A DNA stretch of 63,881 nt, the filler included, from Choristocarpus tenellus KU-1152 (lineage: Eukaryota; Protista; Phaeophyceae): assembly GCA_964200185.2 (NCBI GenBank). It is 14 parts of 14 records of this genome, joined end to end, with 100 filler letters (N's around TTAATTAATTAA, not from the genome) between each part and the next. Parts side by side here need not be neighbours in the genome. Positions count along the whole stretch, not along the records: positions 48,385 to 52,642 come from CAXNAD020015443.1; positions 52,743 to 56,835 come from CAXNAD020016265.1; positions 56,936 to 61,142 come from CAXNAD020015696.1; positions 61,243 to 63,881 come from CAXNAD020026049.1; 10 more parts are not named here. The stretch is one strand, 5' to 3'. A program made the position numbers and the translations under genes. A model generated the notes under the pieces. The model worked only from the letters and a program-made list of their open reading frames with translations. It did not search any database and had not been told where the DNA came from. The first letter of the stretch is position 1, and each line of letters begins with the position of its first letter. This document shows positions 48,929-62,329 of the stretch, piece after piece.

Positions 48929-51900
48929 CAGGTGATGTTATATCTCCTGTCCATTGAATCTCTGGCAGGAAGTCACGAAAGTCAAGTCCACGGCCTAGCC
49001 TAGACCTGGGATCCATGGTATCCAACAGCAGGTCCTTGGGCTTGGCAAATGTAGATGAGAAAGACGCAAAGACACCGTGAGCAGAAGGCCAATTGCTCAG
49101 ACGATTGATTATACTAGTTGTTTTCAAGCGCTGGGAAACTCACTGTGTTGATTGAAGAACTCTATGGTATTATTGCACCTCTTGCCCAGAGCATACTGCA
49201 TTTACAGACCTCTATATATATGTGACAATAAATCTGCACAGCAAGAACTTAGATAAAAGAATACAATGCAAGCATGAAAAATACTGGAATTGCACTTGCA
49301 ATCACCTTCGGCAAAGGCTCCCGTGGCTCACAGCCTTCAAATGTTGGAGCCTCCTGCTTCCCACAACATGACCACCATGGCTGTGAGGGCACATCCCCAA
49401 CTTCTGCACTGCTGAGCATGTGATTCTTCAGGCTCAATTGCCCCTCTTTCTCTCCTGCTGAAGCGTTGGTAACAGCATCTGTCTTGAGTGCAGCACAAAA
49501 CCCCTCCCCTTTTGTTGGCATACGCACGAATACTTTTGTATGCCCGACTTGTCCAGTGTGTACCCACTCCACGCCATTCCTTTGAACAGATTCTGGATGT
49601 GTGAGCACCCTGTGGAGGGAATTGAAGGGAGGAGGAGGAGGAGGCAGAGGCGGAGGCGGAGAAGAAGAGACTGGTTCTCGTCAAGCAAAGAAGGGTTAGG
49701 GTTAGGGTTCGCACAAGAAGAGGTAGATACAGTGCGCAGCATGTCTATACCTGATGGTGTGAAGAGGGTTCATCAAGCCCTCAAGTCTCGCCAAGCAATT
49801 TATTCGAGAGGAAAAACTTCATTTGACTAAGGAACTGCATGCTAGTTGAACATGACTGCCAGGGTGTGGCATACTGTAGGATCGACCCAACAGCACTAGT
49901 TGGTGTACTACAAACTGATTGGACAGATGGAGCATTGTTGCGTAAGTACACCGTATTATTTTTCTTACGAAGGGGTCTGCATGCAGAATAGCTCAGGACG
50001 ATTGGAGTTCCAGATTTGTTGTTCAGCGTTTGAAACAGTGGTTATCCCACTGAGTAGTATGTAGTACTTCATTTGACCCAACAAATATCCGTCCAACAAT
50101 TGTAACTAACTGAACTGCACTGTATGTCAGATAGATATTGATCGATATTTCGCTATCAGTGCTTATGCACTAGAGCATATGTTTCCCCTCACCAAAGCAG
50201 AATTGGTTCCAATTGACATTGACTCGGGACTCCTGTTTTCTCTCTTGTGCCACTCTAGTTTCAGCTGGTTTTGAGATAAACAGGTCACCCCCTTGATCTC
50301 TGTCGTCTCACTCTCGTATTCATAGTATGTAGCCTAGAGAATAAACAATAACAAGAGTCACATTCATCAGTTTGTTTTCCATCCCTCCTCAACGATCAAG
50401 CCTCTTCACAGAGTGTCATCACTCATCCTTCCTTGAGGAACAAGACTATCCTCAAAACGTAATTCTTCTGTTCTTTCTCAAGGAACAAGGCTCTTTTTTG
50501 GAGCATGATCTGATCATCAGAATGTGGGAACAAGTCCAATGCGGCAACCACTAAAGGGACCACAGGATCACAATCTCTTGAGATATATTAGGTTGTGTTC
50601 CTCATAAGATTTCTTCTTGCAAAACTACCAGGTCACAATTTGTCAGTTTGAATTACAACTTTGGTATTGGATAATAAAAGTGTCTTGGTTTCGAAAGTGT
50701 TAAATAATGTGCACTCCCGGAATATATATATATATATATATATGGCTCATTACCTATCTGTAAATTGTCCTACGAGGCCAGGGTTAGGGTTAGTACTCAA
50801 GCACTAACGTTTGGTTTAGTGCATGAAGTTTGCATAAACTGAGAGTATATGTCTAATAAGTGATATTACTCAAGCTGGCAAATATTCTTATCTGTCAAGG
50901 TGTCCTTCACTGCTTTGTATGTCCAGATCAAGATAGAGGGGGTTCGTCCCTGTGGGGAAATGTTTTGTGGCACGGAGGTAGAGAAGATATTCTAGATATA
51001 CATGCACGCGGACACACATGCGCAAGCACATAGCAGAAATGAGATCCTGGTACACATTCAGCTGTAACCGCATCATAAAGAAATGATAATGAATGCTATT
51101 ATCTCAGCACTAGTACTCAAGGGGTGTGTGGCACAGAGCATTTGCATTCCCTGTTTCAGGTGGGGGATACAACCCTGATGTAGCGGAAGGAATCTGCACG
51201 GACTTACACCCGTTCTGTTGTTGCATTTTGTGTCCAACAACTAATAATGCGGGGCACGCAGATGTTAAGGTCCGCAGATACAAACAGGTGTACAAGTGTT
51301 GCAGGCGAATAGAGCGAGCATTTCTTCTTGTGTTCTAACAAAGTGCGAGCACTTTGTGACAAACTTATAGTGTGAGCATTTCTTCTCATGTTGTAGCAAA
51401 CACAAACGCTTGTGACAGATGTATTGTATAGTGAGAGGATTGTTTCTCGCGTTCTAACAAGTGCAAACAATATACGATATTGGTAACATATAGGTATCAT
51501 TACAGAAGAAAAATGTCAAAGTTCCAAAGAAGTTGCAGAATGAAGGTTTATGATTGGAGTACGTATAGAGCAGTTGTATGGAAGACCAAAGAAATTGGGT
51601 GGATGACGAAAATAATAAAAGGGCTTTTAGTGAAAACACTTTTACCCCTCTTACCAGTCTTTTATCTTGAACGAAAATTTGAGTCAAGCTTTGAGCTAAG
51701 CACTGAGTGGAATATCAAGAGAGAAGGCTACCTGACACCCTACAAACTGTTACCAAGGGCAACGCCCCCATAGCGTCGTTTTATGGTCGTTGCATTTGAG
51801 TTACACATCCTGTGGAGGTGAGTTCAGGGGCACACTGTAACACAGGTGTTATGAAGAGTGTGAGTGTGCTATCTATGTCCCTTAGTTCAGGGTGCAGGTA

Positions 51901-52642
51901 TTCTACTCGTTCGATATGGCATGAAGGAAATGCCAATTGGAGTCCTTGTCCCCCACCCTTCAATTGTGGCACGAATCTCACCGTCCATCGCTAGGGAATT
52001 CCTGTTTGTGTATGCTCGTTTTCTTTATGTTGGTGGGCAAGAAGTCGCTCAGAACGGTCATCCTAAGTTCCATTGCCATCTGCCATAGTGTAGGCAAGCG
52101 GGAAGCTGAGTCACTGTTGGTTATAACCGTGAATGTGATGGTGTGTGAGAGAACAAGTAAGGGACATACACATGTGAGTCATTGGCACATACATGCACAC
52201 ACTGCTGAAAAGTGAGACCTATGAAGCTCAGGGCTTAGTCCTTACGGTTTTGAAGGCAAAAGAAATAGGTGGAAATCTTTCCGCCTTGCAACTTGCTAGT
52301 GCCATGCCCACCAGATGCTTGAGTACAATACGTGTAGATTTGCATCTATGCCCCGCAATGTGCGATTTGTAGCATTTGGCGGATCATAGCCCAAACACAG
52401 CACTATATTACTGCAAACAAGCAAAACCGTTCAATGCCTCTCAGAACAACCGGTTTCGGGCAAAGTGCAAGCACTTGTTGGCTAAGAGTCATCCTCACCG
52501 CCTGCAGTTGGCTAACCTCCTCTCTAAATCTGTCAACATGTTTCTGAGACTCCTGTTGGCGTACCCGGAGGCTCTGATGCAATTCCACCGCCTGATGGAG
52601 CCCCCGCCCCCGCCCCCCGCCCACCTGGTACACCGGGGGGGG
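48929..52642 (-). CDS. Fragment of a spliced gene for an unknown protein (coiled coil plus H...WSCC...GC motif)
   Basis: Exons to 52499, ~52080-51983, ~49609-49307 and ~49130-48929 join in phase: EEVSQLQA|MAMELRM...SDGR|VLTHPES...WWSCCGKQEAPTFEGC...LPK|RLKTTSII... Confidence 0.5.
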
Positions 52643-53620
52643 NNNNNNNNNNNNNNNNNNNNNNNNNNNNNNNNNNNNNNNNNNNNTTAATTAATTAANN
52701 NNNNNNNNNNNNNNNNNNNNNNNNNNNNNNNNNNNNNNNNNNCCCCCCAGATACTTTGAGCCTTGGTCCTTTCTAAGCCACCCCATCATCTCACTCTAGC
52801 TGCACCCTCATTACCCCAGTATTAACTTGTCGGGATATCTCTTTCTCAAACTATTCTACCCTCCACCCTTACAACCTTGTTCACCAACCTATACCTCAAT
52901 GTTTACCACACTGAAACACAGCCTTTCAATCAGCTTCCGCTTCTCCTCCCACTCTACTGTCTATAGGCTGCATACCTGTGTTTACTCTTAAATGTGCACT
53001 TTAGAATCGACTTGTGTATACATGGTCCGCTGAAACAGAGCACTAACCATACACCAAACAAACTGCTCAACCCTTCAACAACGATTTCCCAACCCAACAT
53101 GACCCACCTACCTCTCTGCTCCTTGTCTTCAACCACCAACTAACCAGGAACCCATCGGCCATACTGCACCCTCAAGGCATTAATCACTAACACAACCAAT
53201 TCCCCCAACCTCATTGACATCACCCATCAAGTACATCCGTAAAATCAACTGTACTGTCCAGATAGTATTCTTTACTCCAGCCTCTAGCCCCACCACTTCA
53301 TAAGTCCGCTCCAAATTTACCCAAATTCGCCTTTCCCAAGCTCCCAACAATCTTCCCACCTGTAACACACGCATCACCAGAACTCCCAGTGCCTCACCCC
53401 TATCACCTTGAATACACACACCACGCTCACACTGAAACACCGCTCACTTACACATAGGTCTCTATATCCATACATACAATAGCCCAAAACAAGGCTTCAC
53501 ACAGAAACTGCAACCCATGCAAAAAGAACAATAATAAGAAACACGAAGTGCACAGAATAAATACTGGGCTTCCAGGTCGCATCTGAACTACAGGATACTT
53601 TCAAGGACAATACACATTAC

Positions 53621-56600
53621 CTTATGCTGTGCAGTCTCCCTGTTGAGCTCTGCCTGAAGCCGCACGGCCTTCATTCGGGTCTTATTGAGCTCCCTGGTGA
53701 GCTCAAGGTTTTCTTCCATGCGATTGAGGTTCTGTTGCTCCCCAATGCGAGATTCATGTCGCAAGGCCTTCCTCATCTTCAGTATTCCTTCCTATGTGGG
53801 CAGCAAATCAGGTTCAGGGCGCAAGGAGAGATGGGGCGTGGGGTTTGGGATAGGTTTGATCTGGTTGATTCAAATACAAGGGCACAGTGTGTAAGGTATT
53901 GAGTCATATGCTGCAGAATAATAGGCCTTGGAGTGAAAAAATATATATGGAGGAATGTAAGAGTAGAAGTTGGAGTAAGGAGGATATATAGGTGAGGAGG
54001 CAGTAGCAACGATAGATTGGTGTGGAAACTAAATCAAGATGCCGTGTCTCATGATTGTGGAGGTTCTGTTGAGGTGGTTAATTCGACTTCCAAGTTGTTC
54101 ATTTGATGGGCTTGGCAAGTGGAAAGATCCTTGACACCTTCAGTATGCGCTATTTCAAGGTCAACAATTTTGGAGGTTGTACTTAAAAGGTGGTTCTGTG
54201 ATAGAGTTGATGGAGAAGCAATCCAGCATTGCTTTATACGGTGTGGTTTGATGATATGGAATGCAATCTGTGATCTATATACCCAGTCACACAAATTGTG
54301 ACTTCAAGTGACGGAGGACAAAGGTTTCCAGTTGGCTCAATGCGACATTCTACTGGCTGTTGCACTAGAGTAATTAAACTTTGATTGATATCAAAGAATA
54401 GTCCCTGCCCTTCCAATAATAAAGTAAACCTGCAACTTTGCTCTTTGCCTCGCTTGCTCTGAACCTAGGGCGTCTGGATCCACATCATCCAAGGATGCCT
54501 TCTCCAGGAAGGGGGAGGCAACCGCCTCTATCTCATGCTTGGATTCCAGCCAACCGTGCTGATCCTTTGCCCCATCTAGAGCACACATCACACGAGTAGC
54601 CACTGACACCATCAGAGCATCCCGATGCTGATGGTGTTAGAGGGGTAAGGGGTAGAAAGGTTCTTAAATGGATAAGTGAATGCTGTTCATTGAGAGATCG
54701 GGAGTACAGGGGGGACTGTGATTGGCCCAGAGCAGTAATGAGCAAAAAAAGTGGTGAAGTCTGGGAATTAAACTGAGTGTGGAGTATTTCCAGCGTGCAT
54801 GGGAAGGTAGTATTTGTTATAGCAGTGGGGAGGGAGCCTGTGGTAGGGAGGAAGGGTGAAAAGTCGCTTTTCAAGCTCTCCATACATTCATTGTTGTTAT
54901 TTGTTCTTTAGTGCATCTATTTGAAAATTGAAGGATGCGATAGTTCATGATTGCGCTGAGATGTTTTCTAAGTCGTGGCCTGGAACATGCATATCTTGCA
55001 GTCTATCTCCAGGTCCACGGATATTTGTCTTGGTGCTCCTATCAGAAATTTGCATCGAAAAAGCGGGTTGAAATATACATTAGAGGGGGAAATTGATTCC
55101 TTGGGAAAAGACTCAGAGGGTAGGTGCAAAGTGTAGAAATGGGCTGAGTGAAATATCCTCCACCTGAAGAGCGGATTTTAGTCTCTCTGTCTCTGCTTTC
55201 AGAGAATGTATGGCCCGAGTCTTGCTAGTTCCTTCCTTTTGAAGGCTGGCAATATGTGATGCGCCCTGATTCTGAATGGGAACAAGGAAGGAGGGCTGTG
55301 GGTTTATGGTGGGCGTTTTCCTGCATCAATGGAGAACAAGAAGAATATCGTATTGTGCATGCAAAAGAATGAAAGTATCTTAGAGGTTACAAGTTTTGCC
55401 CTGTTTGTCTAATGTCCATTTGGGGCTTGGCTTCCCACGGGTTATTAATGGTATTTAACCTACTCCAAAATGTTTCGGAGTAGGTAAAATGTATACATTA
55501 TGAAAAGGTGCGTCCGGAGCAAGGATATTGACACTTCCTAGCAAACATGATAGCCAGAGATACATCACTATCGCAACATTGGATTTTGGACCCCAAACGG
55601 ACGCGGCTCTACCCTCTAAGATACTTTGGTTCTGATGAAAGTTCGACATCCAGAATATCGATTGAGATGGTAAAAGACCAAGAACAAACATTCCATATGT
55701 GTATGTTAGCGATTTTTGAGAGCCAAGTTATCGCGCGGTTGAAGAGAATGGTTTCACTGCTTCAATTGTGGGAAAGCACCAGAAATAGGTGTTTCGCCGG
55801 CCCCAGAACTGACACGCTTGTGAAAATATCAATAATATCGATACCGCCACAAATAGAGGGTAGAAGATAGAGGGTATATGGCATACTGCACAGTGAAGGC
55901 ATCACATTGGTGGCACTAAACATAAATTGCAATAAATGATAATTAAGAAATACTGCCCTCTATGTACTTGTTTGTGTCAACTACGGGATTAACCGCATAT
56001 ATATATTTTTGGCATACCTGCAGCTTTTCGAAATTTGACAGCTTTCCCTGGACTTTGGTCACCTGTGCCTCCTTCTGTTCCAGCTGTGACCGCTGCTCAA
56101 CAAGCTGAGATTTAACGGACATCCGGGATAGCAAACACAGAACCAGCGGAATCGCCTCGTCATTTTCACAGGAGTCTGGGCAGGTGCTAACACACATTTC
56201 TACTTTGACTACCTTGAACGTCGTGCCTATATCATGCTTATCATCTGTCACGAATGAGGCCTTGGTTGAGCACAGACAGGCTGAGCCCCCTCATGGGCCT
56301 ACAGCCTGTATGTGCTCAGGACAAGGCTCTCCCTCCCACAGGGTACTCCTGAATGAGGGGCAGAAGAAACGCGATACCCACGGGTGAGCTTCAGATTGAA
56401 TCCCATGCATGACTCACTAGACTGACCGCATGAAGTGAAGGGTGTGGAAGTGGGCAGTTTTTCTGTGTACTGATTCAAGTGTTTGGTATTGAGTACTGGG
56501 GTGCATGGTGCTTGTACCTGAACGGTGAGAACCTTCTTGAGTCGCTCAAGCTCGTGCACTGCAGATCTTTGAATGTCGGCCACGCTTTCCCATTCACTGA

Positions 56601-56622
56601 GGCGTACAGCTTTGGCGTCATC
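53621..56622 (-). CDS. CFAP57/WDR65-like C-terminal coiled-coil region, spliced and possibly degenerate
   Basis: Exons 56622-56518 (..HELERLKKVL..), ~56130-56018, to 54430 (DVDPD...EQARQRAKLQ) and 53791-53621 (EGILKMRKAL...NRMEENLELTRELNKTR). These parallel the recalled CFAP57 motifs ELEKFKFVL, EY.RQR.HLE and RIM.EN..LI.EIN.LR. The middle exons are unresolved. Confidence 0.5.
55367..55632 (+). mobile_element. MITE-A full copy (intronic)
   Basis: GAATGAAAGTATCTTAGAGG...TACCCTCTAAGATACTTTGGTTC. No matching TSD. Confidence 0.87.
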
Positions 56623-56708
56623 CTGGAATTTGACAAATTGAGTGCGGCGTGTGAGGTGTTATCGTTATTACAAGTAGAAGAAATCATATTTTTTGAGTTT
56701 TTTTATTA

Positions 56709-56835
56709 GGGTCAAAGTATCTGGGGGTGGTGGTGGTGGTTTGTAAGGGGGCGTCCGTTTTGGTCAAAGAACTCTTTTTTTTGCTGACATTTCAAATCCG
56801 ACACGTGCGACCAAGTCACACCAAAAATGAGGCAT
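56709..56835 (+). mobile_element. MITE-B partial copy (contig edge)
   Basis: GGGTCAAAGTATCTGGGGG...GCGACCAAGTCAC. Confidence 0.7.
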
Positions 56836-56935
56836 NNNNNNNNNNNNNNNNNNNNNNNNNNNNNNNNNNNNNNNNNNNNTTAATTAATTAANNNNNNNNN
56901 NNNNNNNNNNNNNNNNNNNNNNNNNNNNNNNNNNN

Positions 56936-57144
56936 GGGCTTGACTTCCCACGGGTTTTTAATGAAATTTACCTTCTCGAAAATGTTTTGGAGTAGGTAAA
57001 ATGTATTCATTACGAAGAGGTGTGTCCGGAACAAGGATATTGATATCTCCTAACAAACATGATAGGCAAAATTACATCAAAATTGCAACATTGGATCTCG
57101 GCCCCCAAATGGACGCGGCTCTACCCTCTAAGATACTTTGGCTC
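56936..57144 (+). mobile_element. MITE-A partial copy (contig edge)
   Basis: Body plus TIR TACCCTCTAAGATACTTTGGCTC. Confidence 0.85.
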
Positions 57145-58519
57145 ATACATCCCATTCAAAAAGGGGTCCTAAAAAGGTTTTATGACATTTACAAAAATAT
57201 ATATATGGGAACTTTCGCACATCATTTCGGACAAAACCATCCTCCATGAAATGATCCATCCGCCATTATCATGATCCGCTGTTTGGTCCAAAGGAATTTT
57301 TTCGGAAGAGTATGTTTGGTCGTGATAATTCATTCCGTAGCACTTCCAAGGTTGTGCCGAACCATTCGGCTAAAATTTAACCTTACCAAAATAAATTTCC
57401 GAACAAATTCCTTGCATCAGTGATAGCTTAGATCCAGAGCTTTCATTTGATATGCTCATCGTTGTTTAACTCGTTGGCTAACCCTTCAAAAAAAAAAGAC
57501 TGGTCTCATCCTAGAGGTAGGTGACTGCCAACACTATATAAATAGGGGGGTGGAAGTAGTTTTAAGTAATCAGAAACTCAATTTCTAGAATATTTGGAGT
57601 AATCATTGTTGGGTGTAGTGTGATATATATGCTTGGAGAACCTGGTGCAGTAGTAGAGTGGTACCATTATATAGTATTAGTGGGTTACTGGATAACATGT
57701 ATTGAGAAAGCCTTTCAATGTGTAGGATGTGTCCTCATTTCTGGTGTGACATGTCTTACTTTTTTAAAAATGCCTGCAACGACCCAACAACGACAAAAAT
57801 ATTTTATGAATATAGTGGAACTCTACATGTTTTTGCAACCTAAATTATTCACCTATGCATGATGTACCAATCCTATGTGTATTGGGTGTGTATGTCCAAA
57901 TCATTGGTGCAGAGAACAAGAATAACATACCACACAACATTTATCAGTCAAGGAAGGAGCTGTCTTAATGTCTGTCTGCACTGCATATTTCGAAGCATGA
58001 GCGCGTATGAACTCCATTTTCACGTTGTAAAACATTGTACACGTAACGTAGATCTAATCCACTCTTTTCAGTCTTTTCTCTCCAAATCAAGAAAAACTAG
58101 GTGCCCCTTCAACAACGGGAGGCGGAGGAATGCTGGACAAGGCACACCGCCTCCAACCTTATTTGCTGCCCTTTCTCCTGACCTCGTGATAGTCAAGTGT
58201 AACTTGCCGACGACAAGAAGGTTGTTTACAGTTAGAGGAGATAAAGCCCTTAACACAGCAATGGACTCATAGTCACTCATACTGTTGTCACTCTTCTCGC
58301 TCCTCTTCCTTCGGAGGTTTGACAGTAAAAACACATTAGTCTGTCAAGAATTTTGTTTGAGCTCATGTCTGAAAGAGGATGGCGCAAGGGACAGCGGAGA
58401 GAAGCAAGATGATGGAGCTCGATGGAATAGTAGGTGTGGACATTGACCGATCAGTGTCAATAAAGGAATCGTTCTATAGGGAAAAATAGGAAGACAAGTT
58501 TCCCAATAGATACATGGAA

Positions 58520-60530
58520 GGCGGTTAGTGTCAATGGACAACGGACTAGTGATCATGTTCAACATGTTGTTAGTATCGATAGGATTACAACGAGAATGTT
58601 CGGAACCAAGGATAGGTCTCGGTATCTGGGTGACCTCGCTCCTCCCTGTTCCTTCTCCCTCACTTAACAGGGACAATCAAAAATTGTATTCACAGGTCCT
58701 CCTGGAAAGATCAGCTTCTCTATCATTGTAGGTACAACACTTCAAAGATTGTCGAGATCTCAACACAAATTGCAACTTGATTGAAGGAGGAGTCCCAATG
58801 GAGGTCATTGTTAACGTCGACGGTGATGGTATGAGTCATGAAGGTGAAGACAAGGGAGATGCAGTTTGCGGAACCAAAAATCCCAATTACAAATGCAGTA
58901 GGGGGTCTGCAGCGGTTGATGATCTCACTACCCAGGAAATCCAGCAGTACGCTGGTGACAGTCAAGGTCTAGATTTCTACAGTTAGAACAAAGGCCTTCC
59001 TCTTGTGTTGGGAGGCTGGAAGGAGCCGCTATTCACTGAGTACCACACATCTGAGTGAGTTTTAAAATGAGCGCAACAAGAGCGAGGTGGTGGCAAAGCC
59101 GAGTATCACTGGCGGGATGAGCCCATCCACTTCTTCACCTTCTACACTTGCATCTCCCGGTGGTGTCTTCAGCTTAAAACGCGTGACATGTCGAGATAGG
59201 ACTACTTGCGTTGTGACTGACATCTACAAAATGTGAGAAGGGCATAATATAATAAAAATAAAATTTATTAAGATGTGGAATCTTTCAAGGGATCAATCCT
59301 ATATAAGAGTAGTGGATACCTCTTCAACCAGAGATGTCACACATCAAAGATTCTCTTTGTTGTCGCGTCTTGACTTTTGTCATCCCCTCTCGTAAGATTC
59401 TCATCACTCCACAATTTCCTACAAGTCTCCTTGTAGTCTTGTACTTGTCCAACCTTTTAAGCGCGTCCTCTCGGTTACGGTTCATCTTGGTCCGTCTGGT
59501 CCGTCTTGCCCGGCGATTCTCTTCACCACCCTTGCCTGAACGAACCACACCGCCACAGAATCACATTATTCATATTGGCGACACCGGTGAGCTCAGAGAT
59601 AGGGTGACGGGCAATTTTTTGTTTTTACCACTGATTGAACATGCCAAACGCAAGATCAAGAAGAAATCGTCGTGAACAAGAGCACCTGGCTCAACCCTTG
59701 GAGGAAGCAAGAGAAGCAGAGGAACAGGTTCAAGAGGACGAGTCAGTAGAGGACATGGAAATCCCCAACAAACCACGATTCCGATTCGTCCAGTAACACG
59801 TCCATCTCGTCTAGGTTGACAGCAAAGGACTGCCTGCGCAAGACTTGTAAATCTGGGGAGTAAATAATATCTACCTCAGACCATCAAGAACTATCTTCTA
59901 TAATCAAAGGCACTCACGGGGCCTGACACGCGAAAATGGCAAGCAGCAATGGAGAAGATGGAGCAACAATGGATGAAGGGAGTATTCATAGAGGGAGAGG
60001 TTTTGACATGGGGAAGAAATCCTGTCAACACTAAGTCTGAATTAAAGATAAAGCCAACAACTGAGGGGACCATTGAACAGTTCAAGGCCAGTTTGGTGGC
60101 ACAGGACTTCACTCAACAAGAGGATGTACAAAATATTCAATTATGATAGGCTTCAAGCCTGGGGGAGTGAGTACTACGTCCAACAAGAGAAACAACAGCA
60201 GAAGGGAGCTGGTTCAAATTTTCACCCATATACTAAACGAGGGATCATCATGGGACACGATTGTACATCTCTATTTTGGTACATCTAAAGGAGCAGGTAC
60301 AAGACCCAGTAGACACTGCGTTGACTAGATGAATGTCGTACATTAGACTTCAAGCAATCAGTGTTTCTTTTACTGCGTTGACAAGATAAATGTGATGTGT
60401 GTGAGAGTTGAACCAATCTGACCTCTCTTACTTCCACTCTCATGGGGGAGTGTGCAAAATAAGATGTTCTGGGTTTGAAGAGTTCCAGCAACTCCTTCAT
60501 TGCCTGCACTCTCATGGGGGAGTGTGCAAA
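58520..60530 (+). pseudogene. Scrambled Ty1/copia retrotransposon remnants (integrase, RT start, PPT)
   Basis: SMDNGL...LL.SIGLQRECSEP (integrase core). KWQAAMEK...GRNPVNTK..LKIKP..EGTIEQFKASLVAQDFTQ (RVT_2 start, 59935-60120). LQAWG..YYV...FHP..KRGIIMG (post-integrase). GGGGGAG-TGT PPT/LTR-like junctions near 60443 and 60516. Confidence 0.78.
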
Positions 60531-61142
60531 ATAGGACAATAGTGAGGTGTACCTTATTTTATATATGAGAGATGTAACTAATGAGGTAGTACATCCAGAT
60601 TATGAATGGGATTACGTATGGACTATTATTCTGCATTCAACTAACTTGACATATCCATGTTGACTTACGTGTGAGACAAATAATAACAAACAAGCAATAG
60701 AAGACACCCCACAAAGGTCACTCTTCTAATTTCAACCATGTAATCACGTTCAGCAATGGGGAACCGTGTGAGAGGCTTCACACCTTCTTATCTTCACTAC
60801 TGATAAATAGTATTACCTCCCAAGGTAAATTGCACATCTTTTATTGCTTGTTTGTTATTATTTGTCTCACACGCAAGTCAACGGTTATGTCAAGTTAGTT
60901 GAATGCAGAATAATAGCCCATACGTAAATCCATTCATAATCTGGATGTACTATCTCATTAGTTACATCTCATATATAAAATAAGATACACCTCACTATTG
61001 TCCTATTTTGCACACTCCCCATGAGAGTGCAGGCAATGAAGGAGTTGCTGGAACTCTTCAAACCCAGAACATCTTATTTTGCACACTCCCCCATGAGAGT
61101 GGAAGTAAGAGAGGTCAGATTGGTTCAACTCTCACACACATC
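60394..61142. repeat. Inverted repeat with ~310-bp arms and a 132-bp spacer
   Basis: 60394-60704 is the reverse complement of 60837-61142 with scattered substitutions and indels. The right arm runs off the contig. Confidence 0.93.
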
Positions 61143-61261
61143 NNNNNNNNNNNNNNNNNNNNNNNNNNNNNNNNNNNNNNNNNNNNTTAATTAATTAANN
61201 NNNNNNNNNNNNNNNNNNNNNNNNNNNNNNNNNNNNNNNNNNTTGCTGCTGTTCACGGCGC

Positions 61262-61420
61262 CGGGGGGGGGGGGGGGGAACTACACCAGGGTGTCCATTC
61301 GGGACCCAACCAGGAGAAGTGCGCATACATGGTACATCCGACGCATGCAGCCAAATAACCAAAAAATCGCGACAGGGAAAAATGGACCCCGAATAGACAG
61401 CGGCCACCCTCCCAGATACA
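61262..61420 (+). mobile_element. MITE-B diverged or partial copy
   Basis: CTACACCAGGGTGTCCATTCGGG...CCCTCCCAGATAC matches the body of 3366-3524. Confidence 0.72.
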
Positions 61421-62329
61421 TTGTTGAGGTCAACAAAAAAAATAAAAATATCTTACTATATATACAAAAAGTGGTACCAGTAGCTTTGCCCTCTGTGGCA
61501 ATATAGAATTTTTTCACCGTATTGCCCCCACAGATATACAACAATGTATATATCAAATGAAAGGGTATGACAAGAGCCTTTGACAGTTTGTATACACGAA
61601 TGTGCACACTTCGGTGAACGGGAGCTATGTCCCAATCAAGTAATTGAAAAAACGTGGGGAAACATCTCCAGTGCAATTTTGAAGGTCACGACTTCAAACA
61701 ATACAGAAATGAAGTGATTGGCTGAACTCCTCGCAACAAACACTGGTCTGGGGTAGGTCGCTGCCCAAGTTTGGCGGGTACGGCTGTATCGTTTTTTTTC
61801 AAGATTTGCAGACATCTTTTGAACGCCACTTGCAGACTTTCTGTGAGGACACACACACACGCGTGACTTACACAGCAACAGAAACCACAACGGTGAGACA
61901 AGGAGAGCCGCCGAAGTCTCTCTGCCCTTTGGATCTACCCTCGGCACCTTCTCTGTCGAGAGGCGACGGAAAAGCAGGTAACGTGTGAAACTCAGTGACG
62001 GGACATCAAACTTCATGACGGGACAACCCCATAGGGCGAAGCTACTGGTACGACTATAGACATTTTTTTTTCCGATGTCTACATCAAACGTCATGACGGG
62101 ACAACCCCAGAGGGCGAAGCTACTGTTACCACTAAAAAAATAAAGGCATATTCGTGATGCCCGTCACAAGGACCTCCAGAGTACGGGCTTCGTATGCTTT
62201 TTTTCGCCATTTTGTAATTTTTTGAAGAAAGAGCGCTCATATTGGGGTTCGAACCAAGGACTGTAGGTCGCCAGAGTGGGAACAGATGCACTATTACTTC
62301 ATTGAAGTGTAGGGTTTAGGTGGGAAAAT

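Noticed and set aside
62240-62295. tRNA or tRNA-derived SINE (GGTTCGAACCCC B-box on the minus strand)
   Set aside because: No cloverleaf or clear A-box, and no second copy was seen.
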